Of a stretch of DNA of 52,863 nt, positions 28,343-38,822 are shown piece after piece. The notes under the pieces were generated by a model that had not been told where the DNA came from, searched no databases, and saw nothing but the letters and a program-made list of their open reading frames with translations. The DNA lies in contig JAAYSU010000135.1 in the NCBI GenBank assembly GCA_012523915.1, forward strand, positions 1 through 52,863, given 5' to 3'. The DNA comes from Clostridiales bacterium. Lineage in GTDB: Bacteria > Bacillota > Clostridia > Peptostreptococcales > Anaerovoracaceae. The position numbers were made by a program, and so were the translations under genes. Position 1 is the stretch's first letter. Each line of letters begins with the position of its first letter.

Positions 28343-28935
28343 AGATTAAGGGACCTCAATTGCCTTTCAAGCGACTGCAGAGCCATAGCCCTATGACTTA
28401 TCTTATTTTTCTCCTCAGAAAATAATTCCCCAAAACTCTCTTTATAACCATCAGGAACGAATAAAGGATCATATCCAAAACCATTTTCTCCCCTTGGTTC
28501 GAACAATATATGCCCCTTACACTCACCTCTTGCCACAACAATCTTATCCTTTGAAAACACCATAGTAATCACTGAGACAAACTTGGCACTTCTTTGCTCA
28601 AGGGGTTTGTCAGATAATAGTTTTAAGAGTTTCTCATTATTCTTCTGGTCATTTCCTTCTTCACCGGCAAACCTTGATGAGTGAACCCCAGGTGCACCAT
28701 CGAGGATATCAACCATAAGGCCGGAATCGTCGGCTATAGTAATTTCACCGCAGAGCTTATGTATTTCCAAAGCTTTTTTTAATGAGTTCTCTTCAAAAGT
28801 TTCGCCGTCTTCCTCAATATCAATATCAGGTACCCCTGCTTGCGAGCGAGATATTACTTTATAACCAAAAGCTTTCATAATTGCATCGATTTCTAAAATC
28901 TTATGTTTGTTTTGTGTTGCTGCTACTACAATCAT
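28339..28935 (-). CDS. rdgB: Non-canonical purine NTP pyrophosphatase (XTP/dITP diphosphatase)
   Basis: VAATQNKHKILEI..., DDSGLMVDILDGAPGVHSSRF, and FGYDPLF...SHR. It overlaps the downstream gene start by 4 nt. Confidence 0.9.
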   Translation of the reverse strand: MIVVAATQNKHKILEIDAIMKAFGYKVISRSQAGVPDIDIEEDGETFEENSLKKALEIHKLCGEITIADDSGLMVDILDGAPGVHSSRFAGEEGNDQKNNEKLLKLLSDKPLEQRSAKFVSVITMVFSKDKIVVARGECKGHILFEPRGENGFGYDPLFVPDGYKESFGELFSEEKNKISHRAMALQSLERQLRSLNL

Positions 28936-28939
28936 TACA

Positions 28940-30589
28940 TTAATTCTCCTCTACTTTTTTGCAATAATCGAAAAAGAAGTATCCTAAAGGTGTATAGTAA
29001 ACTCCAGAAAGATTATTTGATATCATATAGGGTTGAGTATAAAAATATATTGGAGCAAGGACCTTATCAGCCAGCAGCATGTCTTCAGCATCATGCATTA
29101 GCTGGAATCTTTCTTCCTTGTCCTTTGTAGTCTTAATCTTATTGATTAGCTCATCATATAAAGTATTGCTGTATTTTGCATCGTTGTTGCCACTATTGCT
29201 TACCCACATATCTAAAAAAGAAATCGGATCATTATAGTCTGCAACCCAACCGTTAATAAGGATTGAATAATCCCCTTCTTTCTTTTTATTAAAAAACTCA
29301 TCCCTATCGAGTCCAGTCAAATCAACCTTAACCCCAAGTTTAGTTTCCCACATATCTTTCAATGATTCCGCTATTTCCCTATTACGATCTCCAAAATTAT
29401 AAATACATTCAAGAGTAGGAAGGTCTTCTAAATCCGAATAACCCGCTTCAGCTAATAGCTCTTTCGCCCTTTCACAACTTAATTCATAATCATCATAGGA
29501 TACTCCGTAATATGCTCCTCCTTCTTTTCTAAAATCAGAACCTAAACCAGGCGCATCATAAATGCCATAGGGAATAAGACCTGCAGCGGCAATTTCTCCT
29601 GTCCCTGTAATCTTAGATACAATATAGTTTCGATCGATCACAAGGGAAAAGGCCTCTCTTAACAAGGGATCCGAAAAAGGTTCTTTACTTGTCTGAAAGC
29701 TAGCATAGGATGTTCCGATGTAGTTAGCGACCTTAACTTGTTCTTGTTCCGACAGTTTTTTGGCCTTATCAACGGGGAAATACCTTGCAAAATCAAGTTC
29801 TTCATTATCAAATGCAGCCAGTATCGCATTATTATCTCTCATAAGCACAAACTTGATAGAATTGGGGCCTAGATTCGAAACTTCATAATAGTTTTCATTG
29901 GCTTTCATTCTTATATATGAATTATGCACCCATTCACTCACCACATAAGGTCCGTTGCTTATATAGGTGGAAGCTTTGTAAATCCATTGTTCACCATATT
30001 TTTCAATAATATCTTCGCGTACAGGAAAAGTCGCAGGAAATGCAGCGATGTTAATGAAATAAGGTACAGCCGTGTGAAGGGTAACTTCAAAAGTATAATC
30101 GTCAAGTGCATAGGCTGCAAGCCTTGAAGGACTCATTTGTCCCTTTGAGATTTCAGCCGCATTTTTAACACAGTCTAATATATAGCTATATTCAGCACCC
30201 GTCTCAGGATCAACCAATCTCCTCCAAGCATATTCAAAATCATAAGCAGTTACAGCCTCTCCGTCAGACCATAATGCTCCCTTTCTAATATGAAATGTAT
30301 AGGTTAAGCTGTCATCGCTGACATCCCAACTTTCAGCCATTCCAGGTGCCAGGCTAGCATTTCCCTTGCCGTCATCCACCCATTTCACCAATCCCTCAAA
30401 GGCATGGTTGAGCATTATAGCTCCATCTATAGTATTGTTTAAAGTAGGATCCATAGTTAGGGGCTCAGATGACAGACAAACAGCAATACTAAAGCCATCC
30501 ACTTCATCTGTTTGTAAAGAACTGTTATTACATGCATTAAAAGAAGAAAAAATAGAAAATGATAAAAGTATAATTAAAAGTCTCCTCAT
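28940..30589 (-). CDS. ABC transporter substrate-binding lipoprotein, family 5 (peptide/nickel, OppA-like)
   Basis: Lipobox SFNAC. 549 aa with SBP_bac_5-type motifs (LAESWDVSDDSLTYTFHIRKGALWSDGEAVTAYDF). No cognate permease or ATPase gene is adjacent. Confidence 0.8.
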   Translation of the reverse strand: MRRLLIILLSFSIFSSFNACNNSSLQTDEVDGFSIAVCLSSEPLTMDPTLNNTIDGAIMLNHAFEGLVKWVDDGKGNASLAPGMAESWDVSDDSLTYTFHIRKGALWSDGEAVTAYDFEYAWRRLVDPETGAEYSYILDCVKNAAEISKGQMSPSRLAAYALDDYTFEVTLHTAVPYFINIAAFPATFPVREDIIEKYGEQWIYKASTYISNGPYVVSEWVHNSYIRMKANENYYEVSNLGPNSIKFVLMRDNNAILAAFDNEELDFARYFPVDKAKKLSEQEQVKVANYIGTSYASFQTSKEPFSDPLLREAFSLVIDRNYIVSKITGTGEIAAAGLIPYGIYDAPGLGSDFRKEGGAYYGVSYDDYELSCERAKELLAEAGYSDLEDLPTLECIYNFGDRNREIAESLKDMWETKLGVKVDLTGLDRDEFFNKKKEGDYSILINGWVADYNDPISFLDMWVSNSGNNDAKYSNTLYDELINKIKTTKDKEERFQLMHDAEDMLLADKVLAPIYFYTQPYMISNNLSGVYYTPLGYFFFDYCKKVEEN

Positions 30590-30683
30590 TGTTACTCCTA
30601 CAATATAAAATTCGTCTATATTTTATACTTGCACCAATCAAAGGTCAATATACTTCAATTTTATAAAAATCCAAAAGGAGGCT

Positions 30684-32252
30684 TCAGCGATTGTTCAGCT
30701 CAGCAAACTCCAGCATGTTTCTACACAAGAATATAACTAATAATGATACTATAAAATTGCATATTCCGATTGCCATAAAAGATTGAACTATAGGCGGGAA
30801 AAGATCAACAAGGGTATTAATTAAGGTGGCTGCTGTTATCGCAGGTATTGATATTACAATCATTATTATAATATAAATAAATACGGTAATAATTTTAAGC
30901 GTGATTCCACTGAAGAAGCGTTCCACTAAAATATTTCCTGCGTTAAACAGCAGACCAAAGGATATTCTTGCAAATACCACAAATATTATCTCAATTATGC
31001 TTAGATCGAGAATAAGCCCGATTATTGCAAAAAGTATTATAGCTTCTACTACCAGCTTCATAAGGCTTTCGCGTAGGCAGTGCAAGAGCTTTATGAATGC
31101 AGGTTCAGGAACTAAATATATATAGGGTAGTACTAGCTCTCTTATCCATCTTCCTAGGGCAACACTAAACACCTGCATGTATGTTGCAAAGCTGAATGCT
31201 GCTACAATACCTACATTTTTCATAAATATGGCAAATACAATATTTACTATCATAAATATCAAAGTAATTCTGTCTAATACGAAGACTCTGGATCTTCTAC
31301 TTTCCAAGAGGTGCTTGTAATAGAAAGTACTAGCCCCAAATCCTTTGCTTATGCCTATCCTGCCTAGCTTCACCTTATGGGGCAGGGCAGAATCGATCCT
31401 GCCTTCTTTGCTGGCATTAATAGCAGTATATGAAGCTTCTGTAGCCTGCAAAACATCCTCGTAGTAGTCTGCTTTTGACCTGGTCAAAATTGCGACTATA
31501 GCTCCTACATATATAACTGCAGCTAAAATTCCTAATAAAGCTTTAACCCCTTGCCCTGTCCAAAGGCCTACAACTGCTGCCTGGATCCACCCAGCTATAG
31601 GGAAAAGTATTATAGGTAGATCATTCGCAACAGAAACTGCTGCATTGACCATATTATCCTTATCTAGATATATAGTAATCAAAGCATAAAGGGCAGCGAT
31701 TCCACAGATAGCAAATATGATGAACTTGCCAACTGTTTTACGCCTATCATCCCCTGCCGTTAAAGAATAAATCATCATAGCAGAAAGTTGGCCAGAAAAA
31801 ATGACAAGGGCATAGCCTAGTAATATATAGATCAGGAAGACTAATGACACCCCATATACCGAATTAAGCCATCCATATTGAAAGATTATAAATAGGCCCA
31901 CCAATAATGAAGTCCCCATCTGCTGTATAAGTCCGTAGAGCAGTACTTTCTTCGTGGGAATTGGTGCAACAAATACCAAAGAAACATCAGGCATCGAATA
32001 TAGGCTGGCTCCTTTAGAAAGGCCATTTAGACAGTTCATCACAAAAACCCATATATAGAGAGCCGTTATCATTGCATAAACTTCTGAGATATGGCGGTAT
32101 GTTTTAGCAAATTGATTTGATGGATTGTTAATTGCCGATATAACAACTAGGGCTATTATAAATATAATAATAATGATTGCTCCTGGGTTCTTTATCGTAT
32201 TTTTAATACGGTTCTTAAACCTTGTTAAAATTAAATATGCTAAGGCTCTCAT
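30684..32252 (-). CDS. Polytopic membrane protein, putative ABC exporter permease
   Basis: 522 aa and highly hydrophobic, with about 12 or more TM segments. Its start overlaps the upstream ATPase stop by 4 nt. It resembles the 'putative ABC exporter' membrane family. Confidence 0.65.
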   Translation of the reverse strand: MRALAYLILTRFKNRIKNTIKNPGAIIIIIFIIALVVISAINNPSNQFAKTYRHISEVYAMITALYIWVFVMNCLNGLSKGASLYSMPDVSLVFVAPIPTKKVLLYGLIQQMGTSLLVGLFIIFQYGWLNSVYGVSLVFLIYILLGYALVIFSGQLSAMMIYSLTAGDDRRKTVGKFIIFAICGIAALYALITIYLDKDNMVNAAVSVANDLPIILFPIAGWIQAAVVGLWTGQGVKALLGILAAVIYVGAIVAILTRSKADYYEDVLQATEASYTAINASKEGRIDSALPHKVKLGRIGISKGFGASTFYYKHLLESRRSRVFVLDRITLIFMIVNIVFAIFMKNVGIVAAFSFATYMQVFSVALGRWIRELVLPYIYLVPEPAFIKLLHCLRESLMKLVVEAIILFAIIGLILDLSIIEIIFVVFARISFGLLFNAGNILVERFFSGITLKIITVFIYIIIMIVISIPAITAATLINTLVDLFPPIVQSFMAIGICNFIVSLLVIFLCRNMLEFAELNNR

Positions 32253-32953
32253 TCTTCTGCCACCCTGCCTTCGGTTATCTCAAAATAGAGCTCCTCCAAG
32301 GTTTTTTCATCACTACCGTCCCTATTAAATTTTGTAGCTTTAATAGAGCCATTTACCATTATGTGGGCAAGATCCCAATAGTCTTCAACGCTATCGAGCA
32401 TGTGGGTACTTATTAGAATCGTTTTGCCACTATCCCTAAATTCACGAAACATATTCTTAAGCTCTTTGATTGCATGGGGATCCAAACCCACCATTGGCTC
32501 ATCAAAGACTATAACCTTAGGCTTGTAGAGTAGTGCACAACAGATAGAGAGCTTCTGCTGCATACCTTTAGACAGTTCTTTTCCAAGCTTATCCTTCTTA
32601 TCCCAGAGCTCTAATCTCTTCAAAAGCTCTTGGTCATAACCGTCATCACTCAATCTATATACACGTTTTATAAACTCCATATGTTCACTTACTGTTAAAA
32701 GATCATAAATTGCAGGCATCTCCGGTACATAGCCCAATACCCTTTTAGCTTCTAAGGATTTATTCTCATTCCCATCAATCTCAATCTTCCCAAAAAATCT
32801 AAGAAGCCCGGCAATACATTTTATAATAGTGGACTTACCGGCACCATTTGGTCCCAACAGTACCGCTATCTGTCCCGGCTCCACCTCAAAGCTAATATCA
32901 TTATTCGCCAGCACCTTCCCGTACCTTTTAGTTACTCTTTCTACTTTCAGCAT
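32249..32953 (-). CDS. ABC transporter ATP-binding protein
   Basis: Walker A GPNGAGKST, signature LSKGMQQKL, Walker B VIVFDEP, and an H-loop. Confidence 0.9.
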   Translation of the reverse strand: MLKVERVTKRYGKVLANNDISFEVEPGQIAVLLGPNGAGKSTIIKCIAGLLRFFGKIEIDGNENKSLEAKRVLGYVPEMPAIYDLLTVSEHMEFIKRVYRLSDDGYDQELLKRLELWDKKDKLGKELSKGMQQKLSICCALLYKPKVIVFDEPMVGLDPHAIKELKNMFREFRDSGKTILISTHMLDSVEDYWDLAHIMVNGSIKATKFNRDGSDEKTLEELYFEITEGRVAEE

Positions 32954-32965
32954 ACCGAAGCTCCC

Positions 32966-33826
32966 TCATATAATTGAATTTCTGTATTCGTCAACTTCTA
33001 TACTAAGCCTATAATTAGTTTTCTTCAATATATTATTAAAATCTTTTAAGAGATTAATATATTCACTTTCATTAGCTGTATTTACGGCTTGTTGATAGGC
33101 CTTCTTTACCTTATCTTTTAGAACGCCTTGGTTTTGATCGAAAATTGGTGAATTTGGTGAACCGAAAAATGTGAGCACTTTATATCTTTCATATAGTTCT
33201 CCCATCGTCTCGGCTTTTTCAGACTCTTGATATTTTAGCAAAAACTCCTCAATAACAAGTGCCCTATTAATTACCTCATCCCAACTAATAACCGGTGCGG
33301 CATCCTTTAAAGCCAGCTGGTCGGACTCGGTTTTCATGATCCTGAAGTATTCCTCTATATCAGCTTCAGCATATGTGCTGAATTCCTGATAGAAAGAGTA
33401 ATCTATTATGGGGAAAAACTGTGCTTCAGCTTCCGCCACCTTATAGCCACACTTAATAGTTTCCACTACGAGTGCTTTTATCAATTTATCCTTTATTATT
33501 TCAGGATTATTAATATCAACCTGACCATTATTGTACTCTTGCTGAAAGTGTCTTTGAATTGTATCTATAAAGAAGCAATCCTCAATTATACTTATGTAAT
33601 CCTTATGATAGTCTTCAAATTTAAGAAGCATTAGTGATGCTTTTTCTTCTGATAGGTCCCCTATGTTTTCTCTCATAAAAGCTAGAACGTCATTGAATCC
33701 CGCTTGTTTTACATCAATAATATTATTAAATTCTTCTATTATCAAGTCTTCATCAACTTGTTCATTACATGCCGTCACAATAATTAGAACAGAAATAATC
33801 AGTATTGCAGTTATAGTTTTTTTCAT
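32966..33826 (-). CDS. Lipoprotein of unknown function
   Basis: Signal peptide with lipobox VTAC-N, and an acidic helical mature part. It is the first gene of the operon with the ABC ATPase and permease. I recognise no family. Confidence 0.6.
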   Translation of the reverse strand: MKKTITAILIISVLIIVTACNEQVDEDLIIEEFNNIIDVKQAGFNDVLAFMRENIGDLSEEKASLMLLKFEDYHKDYISIIEDCFFIDTIQRHFQQEYNNGQVDINNPEIIKDKLIKALVVETIKCGYKVAEAEAQFFPIIDYSFYQEFSTYAEADIEEYFRIMKTESDQLALKDAAPVISWDEVINRALVIEEFLLKYQESEKAETMGELYERYKVLTFFGSPNSPIFDQNQGVLKDKVKKAYQQAVNTANESEYINLLKDFNNILKKTNYRLSIEVDEYRNSII

Positions 33827-33882
33827 ACAAAAACCTCCTCTATATTAAGACGTACAATACTGATCAAAGTTCCAGTTTTTGC

Positions 33883-34218
33883 TTATATTATTAAGTTTTG
33901 AACCAATAGCATGTAGATCACAGTGCCTGCTCCTATCGAAAGCAGGGTATTACTCTTCCAAAGATGTAGAATAAGAATACATACAATAGCGATGGCTTCA
34001 GGTATGCCGTAAGGAGGATTTGTCAATGAAACCCCCTTAAGACAATATATTACCAGCAACCCTATAACTGAATAAGGAAGTACTTTTCCTAGATATAATA
34101 CAAAGGTGGGAGTCTTTTTATTTGACGGAAAAAGTATAAAAGGTATTGCCCTGGTCAAAACAGTTCCCACAACCATCATAACAACCGTTATCAAAGTTTG
34201 TACAGGAGTTAAAGTCAT
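33883..34218 (-). CDS. azlD: Branched-chain amino acid exporter small subunit
   Basis: Start at [31 protein letters not shown] overlaps the azlC stop (ATGA). About 111 aa with 3-4 TM segments. The ORF-track start is over-extended. Confidence 0.8.
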   Translation of the reverse strand: MTLTPVQTLITVVMMVVGTVLTRAIPFILFPSNKKTPTFVLYLGKVLPYSVIGLLVIYCLKGVSLTNPPYGIPEAIAIVCILILHLWKSNTLLSIGAGTVIYMLLVQNLII

Positions 34219-34913
34219 TCTTCCATCCCTCCCTCCAGCTTGCCCCGAAAGATTGTCAGTATTACTAGTATTAAAATCATTGCAGGGATAATGAAACCAT
34301 CCTGCCCGAATATTAGCAAACAAATAATTGGTGATATCAATCCTACTAAAGCGGGAATATGATTCTTTGTAGATTTCCACTGATTTATAAATATAACTAC
34401 AAATAAAGCTGTTAGCACAAAATCCAATCCTTCTGTGTTGAAATTAACTATATATCCCAGCAAACTACCTATTGCTGAACCAATCACCCAATAAATATGG
34501 TCAAGCAATGTTATAAAAAACATAAACCAGTTTCTATCGATGCCTTTCGGCGCATCAATAGAACACTGAATAGAGAAGGTCTCATCTGTAAGCCCAAATA
34601 CTAGATATGGCTTAAACTTACCTGTCCCTTGGTATTTTTCCAACATTGAAATGCCATAAAAAAGGTGCCTGGCATTTACCATCAGAGTAAGCAGGAATGC
34701 ATAAATAGGATTAAATATCGAAGTAAGAAGTGTTACTCCCACATACTGCATCGATCCTGCAAATACAAAAACACTGATAAATAGGGTCCATCCTATACCA
34801 AATCCCTTTGTATTCATCAATATTCCATAAGCCGCACCTAAAAAAAGATAGCCGGTCATGACCGGTATCGTGTGAGGGAATGCGGCTTTAAAAGCTTCTT
34901 TTTTCTGATTCAT
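34215..34913 (-). CDS. azlC: Branched-chain amino acid exporter large subunit
   Basis: 232 aa with [23 protein letters not shown]...[10 protein letters not shown], typical of AzlC. Confidence 0.85.
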   Translation of the reverse strand: MNQKKEAFKAAFPHTIPVMTGYLFLGAAYGILMNTKGFGIGWTLFISVFVFAGSMQYVGVTLLTSIFNPIYAFLLTLMVNARHLFYGISMLEKYQGTGKFKPYLVFGLTDETFSIQCSIDAPKGIDRNWFMFFITLLDHIYWVIGSAIGSLLGYIVNFNTEGLDFVLTALFVVIFINQWKSTKNHIPALVGLISPIICLLIFGQDGFIIPAMILILVILTIFRGKLEGGMEE

Positions 34914-34998
34914 TAAATCCTCCGCAAAATTATCATAAGTCGTGTAGATAAAATCAAAGGAGTTTTTAGAAAACCCCTTTGAAACATTACATCTGATC

Positions 34999-36510
34999 CT
35001 ATCTTACAGGGTTGCTTGTGCTTTCTTTCAATATGACATCATGGGCCCCTCCCTCTACTATACTTGTAGCAGAAACAAGGGTTAATTTAGCATTTTTGTG
35101 TAGTTCAGGAATAGTCAATACTCCACAATTGCACATGGTAGCCTTGATTTTATTAAGAGTTAGTCCAACATTATCTTTTAGGCTGCCCGCATATGGCACA
35201 TAGGAATCGACTCCCTCTTCAAATGAGAAATCATCCTCTTCTTCCCAATCATATCGTTGCCAATTGCGTGCCCGCTTACTTCCCTCTCCCCAGTACTCTT
35301 TTACGTAATTACCGTTAAGGTTCAACTTATTAGTTGGACTTTCGTCGAATCTAGCAAAGTATCTTCCCAGCATAAGGAAGTCTGCACCCATTGCGAGGGC
35401 AAGTGTCATATGGTAATCATAGACAATACCACCATCGGAACAGATGGGAATATAGATCCCCGTCTCTTTAAAATACTCATCCCTTGCCTTAGCCACATCT
35501 ATTACTGCAGTTGCCTGGCCGCGCCCTATTCCTTTCTGCTCCCTAGTTATACAGATAGAACCGCCTCCGATCCCAACTTTAACAAAGTCTGCACCTGCTT
35601 TGGCTAGGAATAGAAAGCTCTCCTGATCCACTACATTGCCGGCACCAACCTTCACCTGGTCTCCGAAGTTTTTGCGAATATAGTCAAGTGTTTCCCTTTG
35701 CCATTCTGAATATCCTTCGGACGAATCTATGCAAAGGACGTCTGCCCCTGCGTCTAATAAGGCGGGGACTCTTTCTTTGTAATCCCTTGTGTTAATTCCT
35801 GCACCTACCATGTATCTTTTGTGCTCGTCCAAAAGCTCGTTTGGGTTTTCTTTATGCATTTCATAATCCTTGCGGAATACAAAATGAGTCAGTCTTCCGT
35901 TTTTATCGATAATAGGCAGGGCGTTTAATTTATTGTCCCAAAGTATATCGTTAGCTTCTGAAAGAGTTATCCCTTCTTCAGCATATATTAACGAACAAAA
36001 GGGTGTCATAAATTCTTCAACTTTAGTATCTAATGACATTCTGCTAACCCTATAATCCCTGCTCGTTACTATTCCTAATACTTTCCCATCTGGGGTACCA
36101 TCATCTGTAACAGCAACTGTTGAATGGCCTGTTCTTTTCTTCAGAGCAAGAATGTCCGCCAGGGTTTGGTCTGGCCTTATGTTAGAATCACTTTTTACGA
36201 AACCGGCCTTGTAGCTCTTTACCCTTTTTATCATCTCCGCCTCTTTTTCTATGGGCTGAGATGCATATATGAATGATAGACCGCCCTCTTTTGCTAGGGC
36301 AACTGCCATCCTATCATCGGATACTGACTGCATGACTGCAGATACCAATGGAATATTCAAGCTTATCGCAGGTTCTTCTTCAGCTTTCCTATATTTTGTC
36401 ACAGGGGTCTTAAGGCTAACCTTATCTGGTATACATTCCTTTGAGGAATATCCCGGTAACAATAAATATTCACTAAATGTCCTTGAAGGTTCATCAATAA
36501 ACTTTGCCAT
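34999..36510 (-). CDS. guaB: IMP dehydrogenase (503-aa form with CBS pair)
   Basis: Catalytic loop [27 protein letters not shown] pair region, and [10 protein letters not shown]. It closely resembles the 503-aa Tritrichomonas foetus/bacterial IMPDH type as I remember that sequence. Confidence 0.9.
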   Translation of the reverse strand: MAKFIDEPSRTFSEYLLLPGYSSKECIPDKVSLKTPVTKYRKAEEEPAISLNIPLVSAVMQSVSDDRMAVALAKEGGLSFIYASQPIEKEAEMIKRVKSYKAGFVKSDSNIRPDQTLADILALKKRTGHSTVAVTDDGTPDGKVLGIVTSRDYRVSRMSLDTKVEEFMTPFCSLIYAEEGITLSEANDILWDNKLNALPIIDKNGRLTHFVFRKDYEMHKENPNELLDEHKRYMVGAGINTRDYKERVPALLDAGADVLCIDSSEGYSEWQRETLDYIRKNFGDQVKVGAGNVVDQESFLFLAKAGADFVKVGIGGGSICITREQKGIGRGQATAVIDVAKARDEYFKETGIYIPICSDGGIVYDYHMTLALAMGADFLMLGRYFARFDESPTNKLNLNGNYVKEYWGEGSKRARNWQRYDWEEEDDFSFEEGVDSYVPYAGSLKDNVGLTLNKIKATMCNCGVLTIPELHKNAKLTLVSATSIVEGGAHDVILKESTSNPVR

Positions 36511-36530
36511 CTTTCATTTTCCTTTCTGTA

Positions 36531-37343
36531 TTAGGGTGTTTCTAAATACTCTTCTAAAGTAAGTTCTTGTTCATATATCCTTGTTGCAACTTTTTCTCCC
36601 ACATAGCGTAAATGCCAAGGTTCATAGAGATAGCCTGTGATATGTTCCTTCCCTTGGGGGAATCTGATTATAAAACCAAATTTATGAGCATTCTCTGCTA
36701 TCCATATACCCTCATCCGTGTCTGCGAAATCTTCAGTTAAGGCATAATTTACACTAGGAGAGGATATATCTACGGCTAGACCTGTCTGGTGTTCACTCTG
36801 ACCTGGCCTTGCGCTAAAACGATTTGCGGCTTCTTCGCCTTCTCTAGCCACATAGTTATCCCAAAGTATTTTTTGAAAACTATATGACCTATATGCAGTA
36901 GTCATAACTATTTCATATCCTTCTTCTTTTGCCGCTTCTACAAGTTTATGGAAGTGTTCTGCCGCTTCTGCTCTCATAAATCTACTGCCAGAACTTCTAT
37001 CTGACGCATAATAGCGTATGGGCTCTAAGTCATCTGGTTTATAGTCAGCTTCTAAATGGTTTTGTTTGTTAACAAGAATCAGCAAGCCTCTTTCTTCCGC
37101 CTCAAGCCTATCTTGCCTATCCTTCTCTTCTTCAAGATCAATATCGCTAATCTCTTCCTGGGGCTCCCTAACTTCCTCATTTTCTACAATAACATCTGGT
37201 TTTGAATTGTTAATATTCTTAAAGCCATCATTTATTCTATCTAAAGCATCCCTATCAAAAAATCCCACATTTAATAAGATAAATGACTCTAAAATTAACA
37301 AGGCACAGACTATTAATATTATTAAACGCTTAACATCAGCCAT
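36531..37343 (-). CDS. D-alanyl-D-alanine carboxypeptidase, VanY/M15B family, membrane anchored
   Basis: N-terminal TM segment. Zn-site motifs SEHQTGLAVDI and EPWHLRYVG. Confidence 0.9.
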   Translation of the reverse strand: MADVKRLIILIVCALLILESFILLNVGFFDRDALDRINDGFKNINNSKPDVIVENEEVREPQEEISDIDLEEEKDRQDRLEAEERGLLILVNKQNHLEADYKPDDLEPIRYYASDRSSGSRFMRAEAAEHFHKLVEAAKEEGYEIVMTTAYRSYSFQKILWDNYVAREGEEAANRFSARPGQSEHQTGLAVDISSPSVNYALTEDFADTDEGIWIAENAHKFGFIIRFPQGKEHITGYLYEPWHLRYVGEKVATRIYEQELTLEEYLETP

Positions 37344-37436
37344 TAGCTCTCCTCAATCGAATATTATAATATTTTATAGTATATCATAATCGATTTTACT
37401 TCAAGTAAATAAAACTATAAAAGGGCGGAACTATTT

Positions 37437-37529
37437 CTAGCCCGCCCCTATTAAATCTCCCGGACTACATTCTAGGAAATGTAATTCCAGGAAATCAACA
37501 AGGTGTTTGTGATAACTTTTTATTATCAT
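37437..37529 (-). CDS. Candidate 30-aa small ORF ending in a terminator hairpin (speculative)
   Basis: ATG at 37529 has GAGGTG 6 nt upstream. It reads MIIKSYHKHLVDFLELHFLECSPGDLIGAG. The stop TAG is embedded in the hairpin GGGCGG-N13-CCGCCC (37423-37447). I recognise no family. Confidence 0.25.
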   Translation of the reverse strand: MIIKSYHKHLVDFLELHFLECSPGDLIGAG

Positions 37530-37668
37530 TCTATCACCTCAGTCATATCTTTTGAAAAATAAAATTTATTATTCATTTTATATAAAAATATTATTCTCCA
37601 ATAATTGACTGATGATTCTTAATAAATATGATAATATAATATAACTAGAAAAAGATAGGAGAACTAAA

Positions 37669-38781
37669 ATGTTCCGAATAGTAGCTGACTATATTAGTAC
37701 ATATAGAAAAACCTTTGCTTATGCAGGGATTTGTTTTGCTACATCTGTAATATTAATCTTTTTAGCAAGGACAAGTCAGATCTTTGCTCAATTGTATGCA
37801 ACTAGTGTTTTTCCTATTTTCCAAAATACAATCGGAAGACTATTCTCTCCAATACCCTTTTCAGTCTTAGAAATATTAATATATGCCACATTAATACTAG
37901 CGTTATATAAACTAATTAAGATAATTATATTTAGAAAATCTAAATTGATCTCTAAGTTTTTTCGTCAGTCCATATGTTTTCTATGCAGCATACTTTTAAT
38001 CTTTACTCTTACTGCATCTATAAACTACAGCAGGGCTACATTTGCAGATGAGACGGGCCTTTATGTCCCAAACCGAACCACCGAAGACCTGATCAAACTA
38101 TCACTCATGTTTATCGAAGATATATCAGGTCTTTTAGAACAAATTAATATTGATGAAAATAATTTGTTCATATTAGATAGAAGCATGATCCATGAAAATG
38201 CTATTACTGCAATGAAAACCCTAGGGGAAAGATATCCCCAGCTAAGAGGCTATTACCCAAACCCGAAAGCTATTATCTTTTCGAATGCTATGTCTTATCT
38301 TGGGATTACTGGAATCTACTCACCTTTCACTATGGAAGCAAACTATAATAATGATGTGGCTGATTACATAATACCTTTCACCATATGCCATGAACTAAGT
38401 CATTTTAAGGGCTTTATGAGAGAGGACGAAGCTAATTTTATTGCCTACCTGGCATGCAATAGCTCAGATTCAGCCGAATTTAAATACAGCGGAAAGCTAA
38501 ATGCTCTAATCTATACTTTAAGAGCCTTAAATGATCATGCTACTGTATCTGAATATATGGCAGTATATGATCTTATCCCTGATCAAATTAAAGCCGAGAT
38601 AATATACAACAATCTCTACTGGTATGAGCGCACGACCCCTGTAACTACTATGGCTAAAGCTGCAAACGACCAATATCTGCAGGCTAATGCTCAAGCTGAC
38701 GGTGTTAGCAGTTACGGCAGGATTGTAGATTTATTGCTAGCAGAGTATGCTGATCAAATTAACAACGCAGTATTGCTATAA
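37669..38781 (+). CDS. DUF3810-family membrane protein with HExxH-like motif
   Basis: N-terminal TM segments and the motif ICHELSHFKGFMREDEANFIAYLAC, characteristic of DUF3810 proteins. SD AGGAGA lies upstream. Confidence 0.75.
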   Translation: MFRIVADYISTYRKTFAYAGICFATSVILIFLARTSQIFAQLYATSVFPIFQNTIGRLFSPIPFSVLEILIYATLILALYKLIKIIIFRKSKLISKFFRQSICFLCSILLIFTLTASINYSRATFADETGLYVPNRTTEDLIKLSLMFIEDISGLLEQINIDENNLFILDRSMIHENAITAMKTLGERYPQLRGYYPNPKAIIFSNAMSYLGITGIYSPFTMEANYNNDVADYIIPFTICHELSHFKGFMREDEANFIAYLACNSSDSAEFKYSGKLNALIYTLRALNDHATVSEYMAVYDLIPDQIKAEIIYNNLYWYERTTPVTTMAKAANDQYLQANAQADGVSSYGRIVDLLLAEYADQINNAVLL

Positions 38782-38793
38782 CAAATAAGTAAA

Positions 38794-38814
38794 GCCGGAG
38801 AATAGTTCTCCGGC
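38794..38814. terminator. Bidirectional terminator hairpin between convergent genes
   Basis: Perfect 9-bp stem GCCGGAGAA / TTCTCCGGC with a 3-nt loop. Confidence 0.65.
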
Positions 38815-38822
38815 CCTATTGT

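Noticed and set aside
33883-34380. 165-aa ORF-track version of azlD, and similar long N-terminal extensions (9264..10616, 48718..50079, 50152..51642, 4660..5625, 6466..6789)
   Set aside because: The extensions overlap upstream genes or lack an SD. Internal starts with a good SD match the family N-termini, so I used the shorter coordinates.
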